60,000 nucleotides of DNA from Lama guanicoe (Eukaryota). Location of the stretch: positions 8,765,957 through 8,825,956 of the forward strand of contig MU053881.1 of NCBI GenBank assembly GCA_013239625.1. Direction: 5' to 3'. Positions 13,680-25,147 of this stretch are shown piece after piece. The position numbers and the translations under genes were made by a program. Under the pieces are notes generated by a model, which did no database searches, was not told the origin of the DNA, and saw nothing but the letters and a program-made list of their open reading frames with translations. Every line of letters starts with the position of its first letter. Position 1 is the first letter of the stretch.

Positions 13680-14350
13680 TCTCTAGGGATCCAGGTTGGA
13701 AGCCTGAAGGGCATATTAGCTACTTCTGTCTTCACCTCCACAGTCAACGCACTACAAATCCCATCATGGATCTGTTTCTTCTTTGCAAGACAGCTCTCCC
13801 AGATTCCCTCTGCTTCTCTGTTTCCACGACCCTCCTCTAATTGGGGCCCTCAGCGACTCACATACCCACCCATTACTGCCAGAGCCTGTGGCTGTCACCC
13901 CGTGTCCTGTCTTACCCCCTAATCTATCTGAATCCTCAATCAATTAGCAAATAAATATTTATGGAGCATCTACTGGGTAATTGACACGATATCATGTCAT
14001 AATTGCATCATGTTATACTGCCACTTATGAACTTAAAGCACCTCCCGATTGCCAAATTAATCAAATTAAACCTCCTGCCAGATTTCCAGGCCATCCATCA
14101 TCGGGTCCCGCTCCACCTCACCTCCTAGTTTCCACGGCTCTTCCATAAGCATCCTTCCCCTCACGAGCTCAGCTGCGCATTGCCCTTCCCCCACACCCTG
14201 CTCACTCTTGTCCTTGCCTTTCCCGCTGTGAGTTCTTCTGCCGAGAACACTTTTCAGCCCATTGCCAGTTCAATGTCTCTCCATCCTCCCAGGACTGCGT
14301 CTGCCTGGAGCTTTCTCCACCCAGTCATTCTCAGCTCCTCTAGCCCTTCT
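13680..14350 (+). mobile_element. Degenerate L2 LINE fragments
   Basis: Pyrimidine-rich L2-like phrases (cctcctctaattgg, aaattaaacctcct, ccttgcctttcccgctgtg). Confidence 0.4.
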
Positions 14351-16249
14351 CCCGTCTCTGAACCTCCACAGCCCGGTGGGTGTTTTCTCTTAAATAAATG
14401 CATAAAGAGCAATAATAATACAAAATAGTAATACCTCCTTTAAACTTCACATAGAAAGACCACGAAGAAAGGTACTACCATCGTTATAACTATTATCAAC
14501 CATTCCTGATAGTTGGAAAAAAAAAAAAAAGAGGCTTAGGGCATTGAATCCATTTTCTCCAGAGCACTAGGTAGGGTTAAGACTGGAACTCACCTTCCTA
14601 AACCAAACCCAAGGCTTCCTTCACTGGACTGCTCCGATGCCCAGCTGGCCCTTAAAATGAGGAACTGTTACAACTACAGATCAGGTCTCCTGACCCAGGC
14701 GAACAATAATCTTGGATGTATGAAGTTTTAAGGAGTCATTATTTGGGTCAAGATGGAAGGCAGGCAGGGAATTCTGCATTGATAACACTTAAAATAGAAA
14801 ACTACCCCCAAAATCATAATTAGCTCTCCTTTTCATGGCTGCCCTCCTCTACCCGAGTCCCCAGACCTTTCTCAAATCCCTACTGAAACACGTCTTTGAA
14901 GACCCCCCCCCCCACGGTCTCCTAGCCGCCAAGCGGCAGCATGGGCTCAAATCAGTTTCATGACCACGCATCTCAGTCCCGGGAAGAAGCGAGGCCTGGA
15001 GGGTGCCTGCTGGCTTGTGAGTTCCTGGATCAGGAAAAACTCAAATGAATAGCCGGGTTTGCTCGAAATTGAACAATAAAGCTTTGCACGACCATCAAAA
15101 GAAACACACTCGTGTGTGTGCGCGTGCATGCACGTGTTGACGAGCCTCTGTGGGTAAAAATAAGACAGCAACATCCTCCACCTCAAACCACGCCGACTTC
15201 TCCATCACCCCTGGCTTCCCGGCAGAGTTTAGCAGCACGCGGGTGGGACCTGACTCAGACCGTAGCTCATTAGCACTGACAATGAGAAGTTTAAGGGAAA
15301 GTGTGTAATAAACAATGGTAATCCTGGCTTAAGTGGGAAAAGGCGACCTTTCTCCCTTCCCTGAAACAAATCGCTGTTGCAGGCGGCGCGAGCCTGCTCC
15401 ACGATTACCAGCTAATACGACCGCGGGCAGAAGCCGCAGCTGTGGCCCCGCGCACAGGCTCCGCAGCCGGGCTGAGCATAATCCCTCATGTAATGAAAAA
15501 CCTATTTCTATGTCTGAGGACTCACTACTCTTCATACTGAAGAGCCTTGTGCCTGTCACACATTTATTGAAGCTTATTACTCATCTCGACAGCGGGGCCC
15601 AGTTAGTATTTGGAATTATATTTTAAAATCACAGTTTTTCTATTATTTATTTTAGGATTCTAAGGCTACGGGGGAGAGCATGTCAGTGTTACTCCTGATG
15701 TGCTTTCAAAGGCATTAAGGTCTCCCGTCGAAATTCTTTTCTACGCAGAGGACCTGGCTGGCCACGTGGAAAATCTACAGTCAAGACAACCCAGGGTGAC
15801 CGCCATGGACTGGACCCCCCCAACCCCAGATGCTCCCTTGATCGTAAGGTTCTGGGGAGAGATGCGAAGTCTCCCCACTGAGCATCAGAGTCACCCTTCC
15901 TGGGCCACTGGCTTTACCTCCTCCTTGCACATCATGCTCTTTTCTTCAGCTTCCTGAGATACATGGAAGCAGTCTCTGAGGATGCCGGGGACGGGGCTGT
16001 GAACAGATGGGCTAAAACTGTGGCCTCGTCATCCAGTGGAAAAATAAGAACAGGCTTAATCGAAAGGCAGAGGATTTTCTGAACCAACCGTGAAGCACCA
16101 GGCCAGTGTTGAGTGTGTGGTTCTTTCTCGTTCTATGGAAGCCAGTGAAAACAATAATTCTCTCCAGCTATTTCCCTGGCCTCCTCCGCCCTTTATATTC
16201 CCAGGGGGAAAAAAAAAATATATATATATATATATGCCAAATGTACTAC

Positions 16250-16395
16250 AGTTACCCATATCTTGTAATAACCTTCAATGAAAAAAATATGAAAACAAAT
16301 ATATGTATGTATTTGCAAGACTGGGACATTGTGCTGTGCACCAGAGATTGACACATTGTAACTGACTATATTTCAGTAACAAAAAACAAAAAAAG
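16250..16395 (+). mobile_element. Short L1 3' UTR end (same type as 59504-59831)
   Basis: tcttgtaataaccttcaatgaaaaaaatatgaaaac...gactgggacattgtgctgtgcaccagagattgacacattgtaactg plus an A-rich tail; aligns by eye to 59700-59830. Confidence 0.85.
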
Positions 16396-19300
16396 TAGAT
16401 CTATAAGTGAAAAAAAAAAACGCATGCCTCCCCATATTTTTTCTCTTTCATGTGTGCTTTCTTTTTCTTGTGGTGCTTAGTTTTCTTTCCCCTCCTTTGA
16501 AATGTTTTTTACATTCTCTGCTGTGAGGGTCCACACCCCACTTTTTCACATGAGAGAAAATCAGCCACAATTTGACAGCATTTGCACCATAAAAAGAATC
16601 CTTTCCACTTCTCTGCCAGTCAAACCTAGTGACTTTGCACGTCTGGAGTCTGATTCTATGTTTCCACTAAGACAGCCTCCAGAGCAGTTAGCCCATGGAA
16701 GAAAACCGCCACGCTGTATCCGACCTGGTGAGTGAGTTTTGGACGGGGTGACCGCGAGCCGAGAGCCGGTGAGGTCGGCTCCGGGTATCCTCTCAATGAG
16801 CCAGGCTTTTGTTTGTCTTGTTGGTTTGCTCTGTGAGGCTGTGGGAGGCAGAGGCGCAGTCCAGGTTTTAGCTAGGGGTTAGGCTGCAGTAGTGTGGGAT
16901 GAAGAGAGCATGACAAAGCGACTGGGCAAAATTTGCAAGAGCATCAGACCTGCAATTATGACAGGAGTTCAAGCTTAGCTTCCCTGTGATCTCTGTTTTC
17001 CTTTTCTTCCCCCCCCTTTCTTCTTCATGTTTTGACACCACTCTCCCTGGGTGGGGCACAGAGCTTACTACTAAATCCCTTAGTCATACAAACACGACAG
17101 ACACGTCTTTTTCTTCCTTTGAGATAAACTTAGTCACAGCTATTTCCAGTCCGCTCTCCAATTTGCCTCTGACATTAAAATAAGCCCTTGGTATTTTACT
17201 GCAATGAGGATAAGACAGCACTGCTGGGTCAGCTGGCCTTTCCAAAAGGCTTCACTCCTATCAGTTTTGAAGAGAAGAATAAAATAGCATGCAATTAGCA
17301 TCCATAGTCCTACAAAAGAAATAGAGATACTTCCTCCCAGAGGGGGTCACAGCCATGAGTCCCTACACAGCACTTCCACCCCAGTGACCTCCACCCAAAG
17401 AGCCCAGGTGGAGGTGGGAATGGGAGAAGGGGGGATAAGAGTTGGGAAAAAGCCACTGATCGGTAGACTAGTAAATTTTGTAAAAGCCTAAAATTATAGT
17501 AACTGTAATATATGTATATTCCTTTAAAAAATTAAACTTGACAGAGCAAGCCAGATCTGGACTTTCCCCCAAGGAGACTTAAAGGTGGACCGTATAGAGG
17601 AGAGGAGGGGAGGGGAAAGAAACAGAGACAGCCTGTACCCCTGCAAATGCAAAGAAAGAAACACGGTGAAAGAGCAAAGCTTTGAAAGCAGGATCAGAAG
17701 TTGGTTTCCTTAAAGTCAGACTGAATTTACACGTCAAAACATTTCATGAAAGTGTGCACAGAATAAAAAAAATGTGCATGACCAGAACAGCTGGGTCAGG
17801 GTCTGGGGGAGTAGTGCTGGGCGGGCACCAGCGACACACGCCAAACGCCAAACGGAGGGCTGACTGCCCTCCCTTCTCTCCCAAGGCCCCTCCCCGCCCC
17901 CACACTACCAGCCAGGGCCTAGGTACGCAGTGAGCACGGCTCTCAGCCTGAGCACATCCACGTCCTGTCCTAGACCAAGACCTGCCCGATCAGGAATGAG
18001 GAAACCTTCCTAAATGCTGGAAGTTCATAAATCCACTGAACTGGATTGGGAGATTAAAACTGTAGGGTAACCTCAAATTGTCTCTACTGGACCTTTATTT
18101 ATTTATTTATTTTTAACACCATGAAGACTGGCAAAACAAGGCAAAGAGAAAACCTGACATAAAGTAATTCTCCTTCCTTGTGTCGGTTTTTGATCAAGAT
18201 TGAAAAGAAGGCTTTGGACTTGATTAAAAACAAATGTATCTGCCCTCTGGCTTCAAGGGTCATTCCAAAGACAACACTCTGAAGACAAAAATGATTTCTA
18301 ACCCCCAACTTTCCATGCCCTCTTGGGAACCCACACCCAGGTTTATTCTTTGCATCTCTGAGAGCATTTGCAGTAGCAAAGGTTGGAGCGGAATTACACG
18401 GGTATCAATTAGACACAACAGAAGGTAAAGCAACCTAGTGAGAAACGATTTTGCAGGAAAGGGTATTTTTAGAGGCCACCCCCCACTTCGTACACTGTAT
18501 TTGAAATACAGATTGATGTTCAGCATTAAACACATTACTCTCACCTATTAGGCAAGAGCCTGCCGTGTCTATAAATTCAATTTCCTTTATCATGGTAGCT
18601 TTCTGGTTTATTGGGATAAATGTCGAACTGTCTACTGTTATTTATCTAAGTAATTCACGAAGGAACCAAAAGTTTAATGATGTAAGATGAGGTGGTGGAA
18701 CGGCACCTCCAAGCAATTCTCGAGGATGACTTTTCATCTCATTACCTTGTCTGGACATATTGGTTCAAGAAATTGTGCGGAAGACTGTGTGTAATTTGGT
18801 ACGCTGGGTGTCATTTCTTTCACCATACGTGTGTTCTCTAATTGTGCCATCTTTTATCCTGCTCGATACATGACATCGCATAGTTTACGCTGCTCGTTAA
18901 CATTTCTAATTATTCTATTCACAGCCTCTTATGCCTTGTTCTTACTTCTTGTCTTAATTTCATCCTGCTCATTTTAGTGTTTATTCTTCCTTCTTTGGCG
19001 CTTCACTCTTCACTGCTGTGGTCCCAAGAAGTGTAAGCTTTTTTTTTTTATTTGGAAGCTATACAATTGTCCAAAGTAAATTCAGGAGGAGATAATGCCT
19101 TCATTTGACAAACACAGACAGGATAAAAATAGACACAGACCTTCTCCATTTCTTACTATAAAATGGTGAGAACACTCCACACTTCTAGGGGGCGAAAAAA
19201 AGGATAGCTGACCACTGATTCATACCAATGAGTTAATAAAAAGCTTTTTAGTATAAAAGCTTTTGTTCCCTGATGGATCTGGGAAAAATGAATTCAGATG

Positions 19301-21689
19301 CCTCCATCACTGTAGTATGTGTCTGATTAACATCACTGTGTGGGTCGTTTATGCAAAGCGTAACTTACCCAGGCTCTCAGCTTCCCTATTAACTGTACCA
19401 TTTTATGGGGTTGCTTATTACCCTCTAGGTCTAGGGAAAAAATTCAAGTAAAAACGTCCTAGATTCTGAGTTTGGTCAGCAGATTTCAGCGTACAACATG
19501 ACCAGGCAGTAATTCACCTAAATAAAAGTTCTTGCCCGATGGAAAAACATAAAATTAGTGTAATAAATTTAACACATTTTAAATTGGTAAAAAATTAATA
19601 ATACAAAAAATTAATATACAAAGTTACAAGAACTTTTTCATGGGAAAAAAACAAAGTCTTTACCCTACAGTTCTCTCGAGATTCAGGAAGTCTACAAATC
19701 ATCTTATTAAAAGAAAGTTGAAATGCATGTACTGTAATTTAGTTAATACTCCAGAAGTCTATGTTTGTAAAATTTGGGGCATAAAGTGGCCTTAAAGCCA
19801 ATTTGGAAAGGCGTCTCATTAAAAGGCACACCGAACCTTCTTGAAGGATGTCATCGTGTTCATCAGCGCCTGCAGAACAGGAAGCATTTGACCCCTGCCA
19901 CTTACCCTTCCCTGTGGAATATGACCAAGTCTAACCTAAACGTCATGAACGTGCCTCTGAAACGCTCATGGTGTAACGTTAAGGAAGCCAATGACAGAAC
20001 TGCACCATGACTGCCAAGGCCAAAGCAAGGCAAGATGCCTTTCTTTTACAAAGATCAGAGTCCTGGAGGCAAGTGTCGAACAGGTTTGCACAGATCTTCC
20101 CACAAATGACCTAACTCCACTGCAAACCCATCCCAAGGGAAGGGCCTTCCCTAACTGCTGTGCAGCAAGTCATGATGAAAGACATGCAAAGATGGGAGGC
20201 AAAGCTCATCCTCCCTTCTCATCTATAAGCTTTGGCTTTTAGGGAGAAAAAAACAAACAAACAAAAGCTTTTGAAAGATGATACGTATTATATATATCTT
20301 ATAAATTTCCTTCTGTCTCCAAGAATGGAGGATAATGTTTTCTTCTGCAAAGCTCTTTTCTTATCAACATGTAGCTTACGACTACTTTCTGAAACACTCC
20401 GATATTTGTGTATTTATTTAAGGCCACCAGTAAGATAAAAAACGAAATTAGCGGAACGTGCACTGCATTTCCCCCTTTTTTATGGTAATATTAAATATGT
20501 TAATATAGCTGATGGACCATTTGCTCTCCTAATGCAGGGGACCTTATTATGAGATATCAATTTAATAAGAGGTTTATTTGATGCGAAAAGGGCTCAGGCA
20601 AAAATTCTGAGTGTCTATTCGTTACAAAGAAAAATAAGAGTTTTCTATAAAGGAACTTTCCATGAAGGACTCAAGAAGCCTGGTTTAAGGTGACCTTAAG
20701 AGAAATATGAATGTTCTGAAAGTCTGCTCTGGGGTCAAGTTTCTGTCCTACGAGGCTACACAGCTAAGCAAGGTGGTGCAGAGCGCGGGAGACTCTGTGT
20801 GGCCTCGCCTGTGTACACAGACCCAATTCGCCATATGATAGTTCTCTCCTTGACCTGGTGCCTTGGAGCAATTTCTTTCATTTCGTAGCACGCCCTCCTC
20901 TACGGACAAGCAGCCAGCAGACTTTCAGATTTACGCCATTATTTGCTTCTTCACCTTGAACTCCAACTGAATCCTGCTGCACGTTCACGATGGGAGTGCC
21001 AAATGGCGGCGGTGTGCCAGACACAAACCCTTCCCAGTCTCAGCTAGCTCCCGGGATGTCAGGGAGTCGCAGGTTCCCCGCGAGAGGCCTTCCGTGTGGG
21101 GCTTAGCCAGCCCACCTGACTGTCACTCTGCCCCGAAATGCTTTCTAACTTGGAAACGCAATTTGGCCACAGGGGCAATTACACTACTAGGGGACCAGCA
21201 ACTTCCCTCTACACGGGGGACAGGTCAAGCTGGAAATCAGGGTTTCTGGGTGCCTGACAGATGCCACCCCCCCGACAAATGGTTCAACTCAGCCCTAACC
21301 CTAATTAGCATTCACTGATTCAACAAATGTTTACTGATGGCATACGAGGTGTGAGGCACTGTTCTGGGGGTACGATGACCCAAGAACCTGCTTTATGCTT
21401 CTCCCTGGACCTGGTATTTCGCTAGTTCTAAGACTTGAATTTTTTTTCACATCTCTGAAATCAGAATGCTGCTTCACAACAGGTGTTTTCTTACAACCGA
21501 GGCTGGCCAGGCAGCACGCAGGTCTGCCAGTGTGGCTGCATTCCTGTCTATGCACATGGTCATATATCCATCCAGGTGGTCTGTGTCTACCTCGTTCTAA
21601 AAAACACAAAATAAAAACTATAAATGCTACAAAATCATGCCATGTTTTAACCGACAACCTTTTACCTCCTTGGGGATGCACACAATAAT

Positions 21690-21925
21690 CACACTTCTCA
21701 TTACGCTCATGTCGGATTTCAAGCAAAGCCTGTATCCTATCCATGCATGCCTGAAGCATCTTTCCAAAGTAGGAATTGTCCCCATTTTTTTTTTGGATGG
21801 GAAACTTAGTTGCAGGGAAACTAAAGCCCGTAGTCATGCTGCTTTTTAAGTACGCACATCAGACCCCGAAGCCAGGTCTCTCTGACACCAAAGCCCGGGG
21901 AGGCGCTTTCCACTACATCACACGG
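21690..21925 (-). mobile_element. MIR SINE
   Basis: gtaggaattgtccccatttttttttggatgggaaactt...ccaggtctctctgacaccaaagccc...ctttccactacatcac. Confidence 0.65.
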
Positions 21926-24114
21926 CTGCTTTCGTTAATTACCAAGACAAGGCAAGAGCCCCTGTGACTGCGGTCGGTAGAACGCAGATTGAAGTAGTAC
22001 CTATTTATAGTACCCTCGAAACAGCGCCCATAAGTGAACCAATGAGAGACTTAGCAAATGGGGATGTGTGGGCTTGGTAACCGCCCTACGTGATCCAGAC
22101 AAATGAACAGCGTGTGTGCAGACAGACAATGATGTCCCATTACTGCTTCTGGATGGATGACTGCTGGAGAGAGGACTGTTACAGAGAAAGTCCAGGACAG
22201 AGCCGAACGGTGTGATTCAGGGGACATACAGACGGTGAACACTCCATCCTCACCCACTCAACACAAAGTCCCAGGCTGGCAGGTGACTCCAGTGCCCCGT
22301 CCCCTTACTGTGGTCCTTGGCAACATGGGGATGTGGCATCAACTCCTTCCTGCCTGGTTTTGCATTAAAATGCTCTACAAAAGTCAGGACCAAAAGTTGC
22401 TCACTCCTTTCCACCCACCAAGTCCGGCCATGAGAGTGGAAAGCCCTGTATGGACCGACAACCTTGATTTCCAACAGGTGTCTTGGTAGGGGTTAGCAAA
22501 AAATCTCCCTCCCCTCAGCAATGGAACTCATCTTTTATACAACATACAAATGTTGCCACGAGGCTGCTAGGTGATGGAGACCCAGCTAATGACTTAATTT
22601 ACTTTCCACCAGTTGACAGACCCTCTGAAATCAGGTGCACACTTAGGAAGTAGCGGCCCGACTGCCAGAAAGTCACCAGCGCGGGAGCACTGACAGGGCT
22701 TTATTATCCGGTTAAGAGCACATTAGCATATCTATTTGATAAAAAGTCTGCTGCTGACACGGGAGCGGGTAACATATCTGGGTCCCCTGGCTTACTGGTA
22801 GGCAGTTCTCTGTGTGGTTGACCATGAGGTTTGGCCATCTGGGACCCGGGAGCTGGGTGGAAATGTTATTTGCCAAATTGTTCAGACATCATCATTAGCA
22901 TTTTGCCCTTTAGATAATGGGAGGTAAATACATACTTTGGAATTCATATAGGAGGGGAAGTTTAGCATCTCTGGACAGTCCAAGAGCAGCAGGTTTGAAA
23001 GAGAGGGCTGACGTTTTTTTCCTAGGCTGCGTCCTCACCAAGGATGCCAGGTTGAGCGCCCTGTTCTCATCATTTGCCTGTCATTTTCTTTACATTTCCC
23101 CTAAACCTGCTCCGTTCAGCGAGATGGGAATACACAGAATAGCAGCTGAGAACGCAGGTTTCATCAGCGTGAGTCTCAACACATCAATTTCCAAGTGGAG
23201 CAACTTTAAACACATGGTAGGCTTTCAGTTTCCATAGAAAATAATCTCTCATTGTTTTCAAAAGAAACTGAAAGCACCCCAAATTACCACACTTTTTACA
23301 TCCTGACATGTTGATGGCCTGCGTTCTTCCCAGATCAAAGTGAGAGTGGCAGAAGACAAGAGCGGTGAACGGCTTACTTAAAACATAGTATTTCATATTT
23401 GGCAGGAATTACTGTAGTGAAAGAGACAAGGTGACTTTCTAATATATATATACGTATTTTAGTTTGGCAGGGAGCTGAAGAGCTAAAAACTAATTTAGGA
23501 TGACATAAATGCTCTTATCTTTCTCTTGGCCCCCTTTCGTTTCCCAACCACGTGGAGAGTTTTTGACAGAAGATTCTTGTTTTTAACTCAGGGGTGACGG
23601 TCTGAGCCCTGGGCCATGCTGAACCGTGGGGTTGACTCTAGTCTTAGAATTACAAGGATTAGCTGGATTTAAACAGCAAAGTTACACATGACAAGCAGCT
23701 TTCTTCCTTGATGTGGGTGAGCCCTGCAGGAACGTTGGTGCGTCTAAGGAAATTAGATCTAGCCAGCATTAACCTAGGACAAGAAAGGGATGATGTCATT
23801 CGGTGACCCAGCGTTGTTATGACCTGCTGGAAAACCTCAACAAAGAAGGCATCGGGCCCTAAGTAATCTTTCAAAACTGGCAATGGTTTTGCAGAGAAAC
23901 CTAGTGTCATTGAAGATTGAGAACAAGAGAGTACGTGGCCACACTGCTAGATAACTCTTCTCTATCCATGAGCTGCAGCACTGTTTTCATCTGTCCATTG
24001 GGGTGGAAGTTTTTACCTTATAGGAAGTTTTTAACAAAAGAGAAAAGTGGCTTGCTTTCTCTACTTTGGGTTTGGAATAGGAAAACATATGGAATTATCC
24101 ATTAGGAATTAGGA

Positions 24115-24715
24115 ACCCTACTTCAAAAAGACACCTCCACCCCAGTGTTCACAGCAGCACTATTTACAATAGCCAAGACATGCAAACAGCCTAAATGGCC
24201 ATCAACAGATGACTGGATAAAGAAGATGTGGTATATTTATACAATGGAATACTACTCAGCCATAAAAAGGACAACATAACACCATTAGCAGCAACATGGA
24301 TGTCCCTGGAGAATGTCATTCTAAGTGAAGTAAGCCAGAAAGAGAAAGAAAAATACCATATGAGATTGCTCATATGTGGAATCTAAAAANNNNNNNNNNN
24401 NNNNNNNNNNNNNNNNNNNNNNNNNNNNNNNNNNNNNNNNNNNNNNNNNNNTGTGGTTGCCAAGGGGGAGGGTGGTGGGAAGGGATAGACTGGGAGTTCA
24501 AAATTTGTAGATACTGACAGGCATATGTAGAACAGATAAACAATACTGTATAGCACAGGGAAATATATACAAGCTCTTGTGGTAGCTCACAGCGAAAAAG
24601 AATGTGACAATGAATATATGTATGTTCTCGTATAACTGAAAAATTGTGCTCTACACTGAAAGTTGACACAACACTGTAAAATGACTATAACTCAATAAAA
24701 ATATGTAAAAAAAAA
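24115..24715 (+). mobile_element. 5'-truncated lineage-specific L1 (ORF2 end, 3' UTR, poly-A) with TSD; contains the assembly gap
   Basis: gcactatttacaatagccaagaca, caatggaatactactcagccataaaa, ctaagtgaagtaagccagaaagagaaag; AATAAA and A-tail near 24694-24716; near-TSD aggaattagga (24104-24114) and aggaattggga (24716-24726). Confidence 0.92.
24390..24451. other. Assembly gap (62 N)
   Basis: Run of N immediately after an internal A-tract of the L1. Confidence 0.99.
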
Positions 24716-24853
24716 AGGAATTGGGATTACAGTCAATCACCTGCTCTATTTACAGTAATGCATCTTAGCCAGTTTGATACCTTTTTTTTTTTTGGTAAAA
24801 GTGGAAACCCTCTGGAAAGATATTCTTAGGAAAAAAACAGTAATATAACCAGA

Positions 24854-25147
24854 CAGGGGTTAGCAAACTGTGGCAACAGCACATGGAACTAGGGGAGAAT
24901 TTTACATTTTAAAGGGTTGAAGAAAAATCCAAAGAATAATATTTAATGACACACAAAAAGTACGTAAAATTCAAACTGCAGTGTCTGTAATTAAACTCTC
25001 TTGGAACACAGCCACGCCCATGGGCTCACACACTGTGACTGCTCTTGAATGAGAATGGCAAAGTTAAGAAGTCATAACAGATTACATGGCCTGAAAAATT
25101 AAAAAAAATTTTTTGCTACCTTTATAGAATACGTCTGCTGGCCTCTG
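24854..25147. mobile_element. MER58B-like hAT-Charlie DNA transposon
   Basis: caggggttagcaaact start, aaattcaaactgcagtgtctgtaattaaa, ttggaacacagccacgcccat, tgctggcctctg end. Confidence 0.8.
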
